Source of the DNA: Raillietiella orientalis
Lineage: Eukaryota
NCBI GenBank assembly: GCA_036172245.1
Contig: JAYWIR010000039.1
Span: 372,001-436,000, forward strand
Length of the DNA stretch: 64,000 nucleotides
Reading direction: 5' to 3'
The position numbers were made by a program, and so were the translations under genes. The notes under the pieces are model-generated. The model did not search any database. It saw only the letters and a program-made list of their open reading frames with translations, and was not told where the DNA came from. The number at the start of each line of letters is the position of its first letter. The first letter of the stretch is position 1. Of this stretch, positions 11,314 through 25,900 are shown one piece after another.

Positions 11314-14300
11314 CTCGAGTGCTTGCGGCGAATTCCAATTTCGTATTTTGTTCAAAAAAGAAACATTTTTATATTTTAAAACTTTTCGCACTTGAAATAA
11401 AATAAGGGTTACAACGGAAACGGTGTGAAAATCAATTCTACGACTCACGCTGCCTAGCTCGAACCTCAAATAACAAACACGCTGGCAATACGGTCTTGAA
11501 TTATTGACAAAGAGGAAACGCAAGCTAATAGAACTTGGGAAAAAAATCAGCTATTCTCCGCACACTCTGCAAGAAAAGCATCATGCTATCCGTTTAATTT
11601 CTAAAGATTTCCTCGGGCCAAGGATTCTTTTTCACTAACTGTTTTTGATTATCTTGAAAGTAAACGGGGGAACACAGTGATGAGCACGAACCACATGAAT
11701 AGCTGAAAACACAACTGCAGCTGTTGGCTTAAAGCTACAAAAAAAAAAAAAAAAAAAAGGCTTTCAACTTGAATGCCCTTTAAGAAGAGGAATCTTAGCT
11801 ACTTGTCACGGATGGGATAAAAGAAAAGCATCTTCAACCAAGTTGAACACAAATGAGTAATACATTGAAATTATCTTACTAAAAGAAAGAAAGGCAGTTG
11901 CAGAGGCTGCACAATTTCTTAACCATGTACTTTTTATAACTCCAAATAGTGATAAATTCTTCACCCTTAGTTACAAGCAATAAATGAGAAACGTTCATTT
12001 TAGCTTGGCTTTTTAGAAACAAATGTCCTGAAATAGAAAATGCTTTCGAAGGTAATTTTCGAATATAAGAACATGTTGTCGTGTTAAAAAAGTACACGAC
12101 TTTTTGTGTACTTAAAATTAAGACTCCAATACGAATAATTGGAATTCGCGTGCTAACTCTATTTAAATAATTGATTTTCCTGTAGAAATGAGTTCGCTAT
12201 TAGTAATCATTAATTGAGGAAATTAGGATACTCAATGAATCATCACTTGCATCTTAACTCTCATAAGCTGAAAGAATCGTAATTTGATAAGAATACGACT
12301 TTTTTTTGATTATCAGGAAAACCATCACATTGTACACAACCTAGTCGATTAGGGCGTTCACCAGTCTCGAGCATATAGATTATTCCATGAATTTAGCGTG
12401 TTCAATGCAGAAATATGAAATAACACTGAATCCACACTTCAAAAGGATTCAAACCTCAAAGCAGCAGGATGAAGGTCTACAAATTAAGATGAGACTTTCA
12501 GGGTCTCTTTGAATGGATAGCATCTCCAAAGACTACTCAGGATCTTTGTCGGACAGAAACACGGTAGACTGAAGACAGAAGAAAGCATGAACAACGTATG
12601 AAAAATGAACCCTTTAAGCAATTCATTATTTTTGGCGATCATCAGCATTCGCATGGAATGGAGACTACGGAGATGTAGTGTCGATTCATTAGTTGCTTAC
12701 GTGCAATGGAATCACCCACGTGATTTTGCGAGCATAGGAATCAAATATGACCTTTTTTCTGAAACAGAACCATGCACCAGGCGTTCACAAACGGTCTCTG
12801 GTCCCTAAGGAGTCATCGACGGAGAACGACTAATAAAAACCAGAACAAAGAGCACAGAATACTTCTTGTCTTAGTTTACGGTGAATTTAACGCAGTTCTT
12901 TAAAGTGAATTGTAGTTTAGTTTATGGTGCTTTTTTTCTGCTTCCAGGTTCCCAGTATTATTATATGCTATATTCCTCCAGTACTAAACATCCCATGAAT
13001 TTGAAACAGATCAACATCTCTAGAGGGATTTATGAATCTGATGGTAGAATCCTGCACAGAGAGCGGAGTTAGGCAAGGCCATTAGAGCAAGGCCATTCTC
13101 TCATTCTTCCGTCGCTGTGGAAACAGAGAGGCTCCTCCCTCTAGATGTCTACGGAGCCACAAGGAAATTTTGATGGACTCGATCCTTTTGCCCTCCTGAA
13201 AACAAAAGATATTTATCCGGTTCTTCTAATTTGCTATTCACATGAATGCCTTAATGGAAAATTTATCTCACCAGAACAAAAATGTGTGACATTGCTCAAA
13301 AGGCCGGCTTTAGTCGACGCGGTTTGATCGACTACATAGAGTACATAGACAACTTACATTTTGAAAGAACTCTGCTCCTGAGATCCGAAGAAGGTATCCA
13401 ATGGATACATTTTTCGAGAATTATGAAATTCAAAAATGATACATTATGAATGCATGTAATGAGTCGGAATTTTTTTTTAAACAATTGAAAGCATTGTGGG
13501 ATATTTGTGGGAATGCTTAAATGTTGTGGAAGAAAAAATTAAAAATTTTCAATTAGGAATTTTTCTTGAGAAATGACTGTTCTGAGTTACTATTTACCAG
13601 TCCAACTGCGCATGCATGTCATAGTTCATTTGAAACTGAATATGTACTAACCGTTTATTTATCACACCTATTTTTGTAATGTGAAGTGTAAACATGACTT
13701 ATGAACGACATAAACATGGGTCTTGTAAGGTTACAATTATTTCATTTCTATGTGTTCCAATTTATCTATATTCAGGAATTATGATCACATTTTGATATTT
13801 ATGGCATGCATAAAAATAAGTGCAAGTTTATACGTAAAATTAAGAGGAATTACTGAAACTGATTGCAAAATATATGTGTCTCAATACGCTGAAGGCAGAT
13901 GTAAAGGAACAGGACTGTTATGAATATCATAATTACAACCAGTGGGAATTTCAAACATTAAAAAAACAAAATACATGCTCTTTTCATTTCTATGAAACCA
14001 CCGAAAGAAGAGCTATGCTTGCAGCACGGAGAAACTGAAACTTTAATAACTACTTTAAAAACACTTCTGACAACAACAGTGCTTATTTATTCATAAAGTT
14101 CATAAATAAGCACTAAGAAAATGCGCCCGGTCTTTCAAAAATAATCTTACTCGTACTGATTAATTACTTTCTATGTTGCAAAATTGTGTGGTTCAGCGTT
14201 GGGATATACTTCTGTTTTTTAAAGCATTCTTCTGTTCAGCTGTCGCTTCGTTTTCACTTCATCCAGCACATCTTCATAATGACCGTAAACCACGAAATTA

Positions 14301-14756
14301 CCTGCAAATAGTATCTTTACTCCAAATAGGGATTATCTAAGAGACAACTCATTCCCCTTTTATCCTCAACTGTTTCAATGACGGAGTTTCAGAGATATAT
14401 TGAACGAAAGTTATACTTCCATAGGAGAGTAAGATTCCCTGAATCTGCCATTTGTTAAGTAAAAAGGGGTGATATTGTATTCACAATATTTCGTGGATGA
14501 TATGAAAACAACTTCGATTTATTTTATTAATTCAGTCAATTTGTGTGGAAATGGAAGATATGAATTTTTTTTTGAGTATACTCATAATCACGAAGCATAG
14601 CCTTATTCTTTTGAGATTGGAATGCTACTTATAATAAAAGTGTGCTTAATTTCTTTGTGAGTAGTAATTTCAAATAAACTCTTTAAGTGCATTTATTTGA
14701 ACTTTAAATCACATGAACTTATATTCATGATCCACTTTTTTTATATAGGTAAGAAG

Positions 14757-16022
14757 ATGTCATTTTGTTCCAGAAGGATTGTTGTAACAGGCTTGGGTAT
14801 TGTTTCTCCAATAGGATGTAATGTACATGATGCATGGCAAAATGTACTCAAAGGAAAAAGTGGAGTTACGAAACTGAATGGTGATTTTGATCAGTTACCG
14901 TGTTCAATTGCTGCTCCTGTCCAGCATGGCTCCAGTCCTGGAGAGTTTGACGCTGATAAAATTATGCCAAAATCTGAGCAAAGGAAGGTATCTGATTCTA
15001 TCCTGTATGCTGTTGCTGCAGCCAATGAAGCATTAGAAGATGCTCACTGGCAACCTCAAAAAGAAAGTCACCTGATGCGAACTGGGGTTTCTGTTGGCAT
15101 GGGAATGGCAGACTTGAAGATCATTAATTCTACCAATGAAAACTTTAGAAACAAAGGATACAATAAAATTAGTCCGTATTTTGTTCCTGCCATCCTACCT
15201 AATATGGCTGCCAGCCATATCAGCTTGAAATATGGATTTCGAGGACCCAATCATTCTGTGTCTACAGCATGTGCTACAGGAGCTCATGCTGTTGGAGATG
15301 GCTATTTGCTGATAAAAAATGGATATGCAGATGTCATGGTTTGTGGAGGAACGGATGCCACCTTGACACCCTTATCAGTTGCAGGGTTTTGTCGCATTAA
15401 AGCTTTATGCACTCAGTTCAATGACCAGCCCCTTATTGCATCTCGTCCATTTGATAAACAAAGAAGTGGATTTGTAATGGGAGAAGGAGCAGGTATTGTG
15501 ATTTTGGAAGAATGGGAACATGCTTGCAGTCGTGGAGCTAAGGCATATGCTGAAATTCTGGGATATGGCATGTCAGCAGATGCTTGTCACATTACTGCTC
15601 CCAGGGAAGATGGTAGTGGTGTCAAGCAGTGTATGCAAGGTGCCCTTGAACATTCTGTTATAGCAAATCATCATGTTGGGTATGTGAATGCTCATGCTAC
15701 TTCAACACCACTTGGTGACATTGCGGAAAGCAAAGCTATTCATGAATGTTTTGGTGAAATTCCTGTTTCATCCAATAAAGGGAATACTGGCCACATGCTT
15801 GGAGGTTCAGGGAGTGCAGAAATTATTTTTACAGTTCTGTCTTGTTATACTGGAATTTTACCTCACACAGCAAATCTTCAACAAGTAGGTGAAGGTTTTC
15901 CACCATTGGAATACATCCAGCACCAGCCAAAGGAATGGAAAACAGATGGAAAAAAAATTGCTTTAAGCAATTCTTTTGGATTTGGAGGAACCAATGCTAG
16001 CATATGTATTTCTTCAATCTAA
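14757..16022 (+). CDS. OXSM: 3-oxoacyl-ACP synthase, mitochondrial (KAS II/FabF family), single coding exon visible
   Basis: Motifs RRIVVTGLGIVSP, STACATGAHAVGD (catalytic Cys), NAHATSTPLGD, SNKGNTGHMLG and NSFGFGGTNA. There is a possible 3' splice site (T-tract..ATAG) at 14748 and AATAAA at ~16101. The true start may lie in an upstream exon. Confidence 0.93.
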   Translation: MSFCSRRIVVTGLGIVSPIGCNVHDAWQNVLKGKSGVTKLNGDFDQLPCSIAAPVQHGSSPGEFDADKIMPKSEQRKVSDSILYAVAAANEALEDAHWQPQKESHLMRTGVSVGMGMADLKIINSTNENFRNKGYNKISPYFVPAILPNMAASHISLKYGFRGPNHSVSTACATGAHAVGDGYLLIKNGYADVMVCGGTDATLTPLSVAGFCRIKALCTQFNDQPLIASRPFDKQRSGFVMGEGAGIVILEEWEHACSRGAKAYAEILGYGMSADACHITAPREDGSGVKQCMQGALEHSVIANHHVGYVNAHATSTPLGDIAESKAIHECFGEIPVSSNKGNTGHMLGGSGSAEIIFTVLSCYTGILPHTANLQQVGEGFPPLEYIQHQPKEWKTDGKKIALSNSFGFGGTNASICISSI

Positions 16023-18690
16023 TGGTCAGATATTGTGCCTTCAAACATATCAAAGATTAGTTACATCCTCCAGCCTTCTTGAAATTCCGTTCTATTCACC
16101 AATAAATCCAAATAAAGCAATGAAGTTGAAGTGCCTCATGAAATGTATACTCGTATTAGAGGAATCTAAAATTCCAAAATGTTTTCCATTATTGGGCAGG
16201 GAATTTTCTGTAAACAAATCATTGACTGTTGCTAATCATTGACTGTCTTTATTGTGCATGGAACTTCCTTATGAAAAACTTTAACATACATGCATAAGTG
16301 AGTAAAGGATTAGGTTTGTGGAGTCTTTCTGCAGCTAATCATTCACATAGTGATGCTTCATGTGCCCATAAGCCCCTCAGAATTTTTCTGCAAAAATGAA
16401 TGTGTACCAAAAACAGTTCTTGTACTGCTTGGTATATTTTCCAAATTTTAATTTATGCTGCTGAAACAGGTGTTTTGGAATCCAAACTAGAATTCCTGCA
16501 TACAATCAATTCTGGGAAGTGATGACTAGAGAATATGAACACTGTGGAACAATGAATAAGTCCTACATCATTTGCATATTTACAGGTAGAAACCATCATT
16601 TCAAGATTAGTGTCCTAATGATTAGCAACCATGTATTGGATCTTTAGTGACAACTTCAGAATCCTTCTAAAAATAAGGTGGATCTACACAATTAAGGAAC
16701 TGAGTCAAAATTTACGCAGAATCCAACGAAGCTTTGAAAGAACGAAAAATTAATCTACTAATCAAAGGCATGTAACACAGTCAAATGTGTGCAAAGTAAC
16801 TCTAGAAAAAAACAGGACTCCGTTACTTTTGACCAGGAAGGATGATAGTTAAGCTCCTCAGTACTAAAAAACTTGCGACTAAAAACTTGAGATAAAAATG
16901 ACTCGCTTAAAAGGAAAAAAAAAAAAATCCTAATGAATCACCACCATCTTATTTTAAATACCAGCAATCCAGACTAGAGTCAGGTCCGGCAAGATGCTGT
17001 CGCTGGAACTTGGGAAAAACTTTTCCGGAGAATTTTCTGCCAATCATTCACAGTTGCCGCCATCAAAAATGAAAACTTCATTTGCATCGTGTTAGCACAT
17101 CGAAGTTTCAAAGAGCGAGATCTTCTAATCCTGAAATGGCTAGTTTTAACAGTGAATTTCATCATGGTGTTTAACATTTGAAACGAGTGAACGAAGACAC
17201 CATTCGATGGCACATTGGGATAACCTTACATATTGGCATCACATGAGTTAACATTGATATTTTTGTTTGTGAAATTTTGCTCAAAACAAGGAAATGCTAA
17301 TGCATTTACGCATGGATTTTCTATCACTGTTTATTGCTTATTGTTTTGTGAGGGTAACTTTGATACTTCTATGTTGAACATACATTACGTGATCATTAAC
17401 TTCAAAACGTTTTCAGGCATTTAGCATCAGGTATCCACTCTTGTCTCGAAATTCGACTCGAAACTGTCATCAAATTCTAAGATGATTTTCCTATTCACGC
17501 CAAAAATCGTTATCAAAATGAAATCAGAAAATTTTCATCTTTAATACATTTCCATAATCAACCAATCTCAAAATTATTTCAAATTCAATTAACGTTACTG
17601 ACAAAAAAAAACAAAGGAAAATCAAAAGGCACTTTTCTTTTACATTTCCAGCAGATAAACCTTTATTAAGATGTATCAGGTGAATCAAGATAAAAGAACA
17701 GCTGATTTCGTTGCATCATGAAACGTAAGCGCTGGTAACGCTTTCCACACACACTGGGGGGGGGGGAAAAAAAAAAAAAATTCGTGTAAAGGTTTCATTC
17801 TGTTATTCCATGTGCCGTTGCAAACGAATTTCGTTAGCCGAGTTTTTTTTGTTCCTCTCGGTACGCTGTACGCTATGGGGAATACACGGGGAGAGAGCGT
17901 ACTCCTCCTGCTGCGGAGAATTCGGTGTTGCAGAATTCTGAGACTTTTCTCGACTACGCCTCGCGGAAAGTTTTCCGATGAAATTCACGTTTTTGTGTGG
18001 GTGTGGTGGGTGCTGCCCATGCCCGTGCCCGGTCGGCACGGCCGTAGTAAAAGCTTGCTGTTGAATCTCGTGGTGACGTGAACGCGCAAATGTTCTCTGA
18101 CATGCATTTGTCGAGCGAACGTCACTCGCTCGTCATGTTCTGTGTGTTCTATGTGTGGGGTGGGGAGGGGGCAAGCAAGGTTTGCACTTCTCTTGATTAC
18201 ACGTGGATGGTGTGTCCGAACAAAGTAGGGAAGAGCCGTACGTGACTTTTCCTTTCCTCCCTTTTTTTTTTTTTTTTTTTCGCATTCGCATATATCCCTT
18301 GGATCCTAATGAGTTGGATACCGTGTGCCAAGGATGCACCGTAGATCGTGCATAGCATCGGGTCGAATTAGACTTTGTTCCGATTTTCGAAACAAACATT
18401 TTCGTCTCCGAGCGGATGGTGCATCGCCAGTGTTGCAAAAAAGTGCACAGGTGTTGTTAGATAAGTGCTTGGGGTACTCCATACTTATTGCAATCGGTAC
18501 TGTTTTGACGGTTGCTCACCTGTTCACGACGTTCGTTGAGCCCCCTTTGCGGGAAAAAGCCGAAGCATTTGATCAAACTTATACGGAGATGTGTGCAAAT
18601 GTTCAGTTTATACACAGTACACGCTGCACCTGCCGTGTTTCGAGATCGGAATTCCGTATTACGTGCCGGGCCGTTCTTGTAACTTTAAAA

Positions 18691-18717
18691 ACACACACAC
18701 ACACACACACACACACA
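18691..18717. repeat. (AC)13 microsatellite
   Basis: Read directly from the sequence. Confidence 0.95.
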
Positions 18718-19114
18718 TTCCTTTTTTTCCTTTTTTTGTCTCTTTCAAGTTTTGTATTCTGAGCGGTCAAGATCAGTAGGGGTTTCCTGCGTGTGTGATT
18801 ACACATCATGTGTGAGCTGTAAAAATTATTCCCTATTCCGACTCTGTGTTCTGATTATCGAGGGATACGTTACTTTGAATTTTTCAGCGCACAAGTTTTT
18901 CACAATTGTGTGGTCTTTATGCTAAAGTGTGTGTTGTCTAACCAAAATGGGATGTGAAGTTATGCTCCAATAATAAATCTGAAATGCAGGAAAAATGATT
19001 CAGATTGCACTTTTCGAAGTGCAAGAATTTTTTGTGAGATGAAAGTTTTCTTCCTGTATGATAAATCTCGTATTTTGAAGCCCTGTAGAAATGGAGAGAA
19101 ATTTTTGCAGTTAT

Positions 19115-19137
19115 ATGATGATGATGATGATGATGAT
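19115..19137. repeat. (ATG)7 microsatellite in the probable Rab14 5'-UTR intron
   Basis: Read directly from the sequence; it lies just upstream of the acceptor TTTCTCTGCAG at 19179. Confidence 0.9.
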
Positions 19138-19205
19138 AATGCTTTAAAAATGTTTTCATTTTTTTTTCTTTCTCTGCAGGTGTACTTACAGTCATGTCAA
19201 TGTGA

Positions 19206-19868
<663 letters not shown>

Positions 19869-19994
19869 TAAGTTTCACAGAATTGTGATAATTGCAACCA
19901 AATCTTCAGACATGAAAAAATTATTAATTCCCAAATGTAACAAGAGTACTGTATGTTGGACATTTTGTTTATAGTTGAAGAAAGTATTGTTTAA

Positions 19995-22900
19995 TCAAAG
20001 GGCTGGAGTCATATATAACTTGTGGCAATCTTGTGCGTACAGTTTATTCTGGGATAAACTCTCCATCATCCCTATATAATGTCTACAGGTGATGTTATTA
20101 GCATTACATACATACAGTAACTGAAAGTTTGCGGGTGGACTGTCTGCGTTCCGATTTGTTTTGTGGTTGCTTGAAAAATAGGAAAACTGTTGAAGGTTGA
20201 AATGTTGAGATTGTTGCACTGAATGTTTGGAAACTATGTTTTCAGTTCTAAGTCGTTTTTGAGGGGTCTGTAAGTATTCCTGATGAAATGACTGCACACT
20301 TTCCCTAGGATGCACAGCGATGCCTATCTGTAAACTGCCAATTATTGTGAGCAATTCAATATCCAGATACCTTGCAACATTGATGCTTGCAGAGCCTCTT
20401 ATGCAAACAGTTATGATGACAAGCCCTTACCAAGTTCGATTTAGAACCTTTTAGAACCCTGTTAGATTTGCGCACTGTATCAGTACTGTTGGGAACCTTT
20501 TCAGCAACTAATTTTTTTGGCTGCATGTAGAAAGGTCGAAAATTTGTACTTACATCTATACCCACTAAAAGAAAAGGATAATTTATGTTGTTAGGCATGC
20601 TCACCCCAATGATCACTAACTACATTAACTTGAAGACTGTCATCTTGGTTTGTTCTGTGAACTATAATTTTTTGTATCAAACCTGTTGATGGAAAATTTT
20701 GGTTTCTGAAAAGCATGTAGAGAGAAAAAAAGGAAAAAGTTGAACTTACTTAAATTGTCTTTGAAACACAATGCTATTATCACTATCCCCAACAAGGATC
20801 CAACCTCCATATTGATGCGTAGATGGTGTGCTTGATGTATTGAGAATAAGGACTTTTATGTTAAGATAAGCAATATCAATTGCATATGGTGCTATTTGTT
20901 CAATAGTGAGTTCATATTTAGGTAAACCAGCTGCTGCCTGGCAGAGTATGTTACCAAAAGGAGGTTGCCGATTTACAATCTGACAGAACAGAATAAAGTG
21001 CTTCAATGGTTGTTATTTACAAGTTCCAGATCTCTTGGATTTGTACATTCTATTGCTTGAAATGATGTTTTCCCAGATGCACAAAGAGCAGAGGCTAAAG
21101 CAGGACCAACACGTTCCAGTTGCCGGCTGACATAGGGGGAATCTGGCCATAAGCGTGCTTGGAAACATTTAGAGATTAATATGCTTTGCAGTAGCAGCAA
21201 ATATCCTGAGCATGTATTTGTAATTTCCAACAGACCTAAAAAATAACAATTTGGGTTTCTTCCAGTCTTATTCTTTTGCCTGTCTTTTTGCTTACAGTGA
21301 CTTAATCGTTTTCCCAATCGCATAATTTTAAAACAATCTTGCTGCATGGAAGGATCACTGATTGTTAAATTGCCGAACACTGCTTGCATCAGGCTACAAA
21401 AGCATATGCATATGTGGTTTCTTGTTCGGATCTACTCACATGCTAATTTTTTGAGAAGATGTTTTGATTCTTCCTGCAAATGGGAAGCGTACGGTAGGTT
21501 CGCCCTTGTTTTTGTTTAGTAAATTAAGTGCACGTTTTTCGCTAACTCTAATTTGAATCTCCTCCATCTCTTTGCAAGCAGACAGCAAATTGATTAACGT
21601 TTCCAAACTTTCATTACCCTTAAGCTGTTGAATAAACATCGAGCATTATCAAAAAATCAAGTTCTTTGCTACATAGTAAAAGAAAGTATTGTAAAACAAA
21701 GGTTTCCTATGTACTCATGCATTATGAAATGCTTTGAATGGACATGAAGTAAGCGAGTAAAAAATATTGTTTAAAAACTTGTAAATCTTGTGGTTCGGTA
21801 AATCAGGCATCCAAAGAATTGGCAACGTGTTATGGGTTCATAAAAAAATCGTCACACTAGACGAAAATGCACAAGATGGAATTTTTTAATCCAAGAAGTA
21901 AAAAGCGCCGAGAGAGTAGTGGACCTATGCAGACGTGGAATAAAGTCTGATCGTTCATGATATGTGGTGTTGGCGTCATATGTTAAGGCATAGAGCATTT
22001 GATGTAGGCATAGAGCCATCACTAATGTAAGATGCTAAATCGCTGAATACAGTCTCGTTATGTGCTTGAAGACAACATGGATAATTGAAATTGCAAGTTC
22101 AGATTGCATAGCTATCGTTCTTGCGATTCGCCTGATTTGTATTCTTTATGATTTGGTAAATGACTGCAAGTTTTCTTTGGCATATGATTGCTCCAGAGTA
22201 ATTATTGCCCATGGGAGCGACGGTGCAGTACGTTTGGAGGGCAACTGGGCATCTTAAGAGTGAAATCCAAGATGGAATTGCCTCCTCTTACAGTTTCACT
22301 ACAGGAATAGATAACTACCAAAAGCTAACATTTCTATGAGCAAAATTTCCCAATTTCTGATTTTGAGTCTCCGAGGCGGCAATAGGCCGGCAACCTTTTG
22401 TCTCAACGGGACAGATGCCCACTCTAGACATATGCTACAGGTATCGATTTTAGACTGAACAAATGCCGATTTTTTGGATTCGAAGTTTGCAATAGTCAGT
22501 TTCCTTCGTTTTTTCCCCCTTTTTCAAATGCGATGTGAATGCCTCCCAACTTCGCCAGTCCAGTTATTAGCTCAGTTGTCTTCCTCGAGTGGTGAATCCA
22601 GGGACTGTCTCAGTGAATAAAAGAGACGGAAAGAATTCTCTTCTGTTAAAGAACAATCACGTTCAGAAAATGTGGAACAGAGCTATTAAGGAGGGGAGTC
22701 AAATAGATCGCAACTCTCCACAATCAGTTGTTTCTCAATTGGATCAAATTATTAAATTTTGCTATTCACAGTTTGTTTTTCTGAAGTAGATTAAATATCC
22801 TACTTATTTCCGGTTATAAGAAGTCCATTTTCTTTTTATAGAAGAAAAAAGTAAGGTATTTTCTAAAACAATCAAAACTCAAATTTATTACATATGTTTA

Positions 22901-25900
22901 TGCTTTTTATCACCCTTCCTTGTAATGCATAAAATGTGAAATAAAACGTGAATTTATCTTGGTTTACCATTACGGCTGATTGGAAATGCATCTCCGTGAG
23001 ACCTCTGCATTTGGTTCTCAAGTGCAGTCTTATTTATGAAGAGTTGGTTGTGAAGATTTTCATCTGTTAGCCTACTCCCATTTTCACATTTGGCAACTGC
23101 CGTGTTTTTATGGAAAAAAAAACTGTTCCATCTATATAGAGCTTCCGACAGAACACACAATTTGCAAGGTATCTTGTTTTAGATAAGGGTATTTTTCTAT
23201 AGAAACGTAGGTCTTATAAAGTTCCATTGGTGCAAGAAGACCAAATTTGTTTCTAAGTGAATCCTCGGCTTGTAAACCGATTCACTCAGCCTGAAAATTG
23301 AAAGGAAATGGAGAATGGAGTAAAAACGAACTATGCCTCCAAACTCGATTTCTTTAGATGCTGCAAAGCTATTTTCGAATTCTTCCCTAAGCTGTTGACA
23401 TGGCTTTCCCTATTTCACACTAGACGACGGATTGTAGCGCGACGGAATGTGTCCAGTGATAATGCAGTAGAGCGAGGAAACCCACTCGCTCCATTGCAGT
23501 GTCACCAGATTTAAGGACCTTGGAGTTAAATACCCAGTTCTGTTAAACGGGTAGTGAAATGTTGGATCACATATATCAGGGACCACATTGATTTTCATAT
23601 CCACAAACAACTTCATCTTTTGGAGATCCTTCAGTCTCTTTAACATTTTAACTTTACTCAGTCACCTAACATGGGGATAATACAGAAGATTGTGGAAGGA
23701 CATCAACCTTGGAGGATTTCGGTCGCTAAACTTCATTTCACTTCCAGCAACGCTACGAGACCATTGTTTTCCAAACATTGATGGACCACCATCTTTAGCT
23801 AAACCGTAAGCTTTCATAGGGATAGTCAAATTTTAGTAAGTACTATAGTTTCACTTCCTTGAGTGACTCTCCCTGTATGGTAGTGCCTTGCATTAGAATG
23901 ATGAATAAAGTCCTCACAAATATCTTCTTGTCTTTGTGCACTTGTCTTTATGTTGTCTTCTTGTCTTTTTCTCTGATAAAAATAAATCCAGCTGCTTTTC
24001 CAGTTATAGCCGTTTTCTCATCAAGTGGTGCTTAAGAAAGCAAAACAACCTATCAAATATGGGGTCGATGCGATCAGTAGTCATCCCGTCTATTCTTCTA
24101 GATACAGTTCAGCAGGAGAAATTAACAAATTAATTTTTGAACAAATTAGGCTTTTCCGACGAAAGATCTTGCAGCCATCCCAAGACATTCTCAACTGTCT
24201 TTCTGAGCGTGGTTTGAAGAATTAGAACTTGACTCACGTCTTGTCTATGCAAACAGCTCGCAATCCTACTGTCGTGTGCACGACAGTAGAATTTTTACTT
24301 GGTGGCTTTTTCATTAGCTGGTGTCGCAGTTCCAGAGCTGGTTTCACACGGCACGGTTTCCTGCTTTGGTCATTCCGCATTTTTGAGCTCTCTGTGCTTT
24401 GTGGCGAAGTCTCTCCACGTCACGTGTTTCGTAGCTGCAAGAGATGCACCGCCAAATGAGCACACAGCCGTCCCGTTTGCTTCCATGAAGAAAAATTCTC
24501 GAGTCCAAGAGAAGAAGTAAACTGCCTTTCGAAGCATAAAGTAACGATCGCGCAAGTTTCTTTTCATCGCATCTCCAGTATCTTAGGAGGACATCATTCG
24601 TGCAGATCGGAAATATTACACTAGAAACCCTGGATCGAAAAAGGTTCACGAAATAAAGTGCATGAATTCGAGCACACGTCTTACAGATAGATGTCTTTTA
24701 ACTAATAGGTTTCTGCAAAGCTCTAGTCTCCTGTGCAATTGCAGAACCCTTTGTATTCCCGGAAGTTATTTTCGTCATTTGCTTTCAGTGTGTACGTTCC
24801 TATCGGCGAGCCTCGTGGTGAGGAGGTGAATTCCGATTTCAATGCAGTCTCGTGGGACGTAGGAAGGGGCAGCGGATGTAGGTTTCCCATGGCTGATAGG
24901 AACGCACACACTCAAGTGTCTAGAAATTTCACATATTAGATTCTGTTTTTGCTTTAACACTAAGTGTTGAAGTAAGGGCTTGGAATTTGTGACTGTGTGA
25001 ACAGATGCAGTAGCTGCGTTGTATTACGTTCATAGATTCTACATAAATTCTTAGTTTCGGAGGGACTTCATAGTTCACTTGTCTCCACTAAATATTCGAC
25101 AAGGAAACTCACTGAAGAAGAATAAAAGGAAATCTAACCAGCATAGATTTGCTTCCATAAGCGCTACTTTTATTTATTTAGAAGACACCAATTGATTATT
25201 AGGAATCCATATTAAAATGATTTTATATTTGTTTATCTTGAAACAAAGCTAGAATTTTAAATAGTCCAAGAAACCTGACTTCGTTGAAAGCGCTGTAGAA
25301 AAAAAAATGGAGCCGTTATGCAAAGAGTTCGATGTAGGAATTTTCAAGAACAAGAATACTATTTCCAGTCGTTTTCGATTAAAAGGTAAAGGATTATGAA
25401 AAGTGGATTTTTATTTAAGAATCTTATTTAGTGTAGTAACGAAACCACTGTGACCCAAACTTTCCATTTCGTGGACTTCGCAACACTTGCATGATGTGAA
25501 AACCAGCTCTTGGGCAACCTTTTTGGTTGCAATGGTTGAAGGCAGCAGTTCAATTTTGAAGATCAAACACATTTCTTTTTGTCTAGCATTCTATCCTCAT
25601 ATTCGAACTTCCTCGGTTCTCTAAATACTTTGGTACAGGTGTAGTAATCATGACTACAAGACCGATAAAGTGATTCTCGAAACTTCATATGCCAGATTAC
25701 ACTTAACAACATTTCGGCATCTGCCATCACCCATCACCATCTCCAAACTTCAGTTTAAAAGCAGCCCTCTTTTTTTCCAGAAAGCTTATCGAGGCGGAAA
25801 ACTGCGAAAGGTGAGCATTTTAAATGCGCGTGAATTCATGGGAATATCCCTTCCATTTCCCTAAGCACAGTGACTGATAAAAGGAGGATAAAATTTTCAG

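Noticed and set aside
12400..13450. Decayed coding-like sequence, perhaps a transposon accessory ORF
   Set aside because: No diagnostic motif or termini were found.
14697..16022. Bacterial fabF by horizontal transfer or contamination
   Set aside because: It fits eukaryotic OXSM, has host-like composition, an upstream acceptor and AATAAA, and sits among spliced genes. A phylogeny would settle it.
18325..18762. 145-aa ORF upstream of Rab14
   Set aside because: It runs through a microsatellite and has no recognisable motif; probably UTR or intron sequence.
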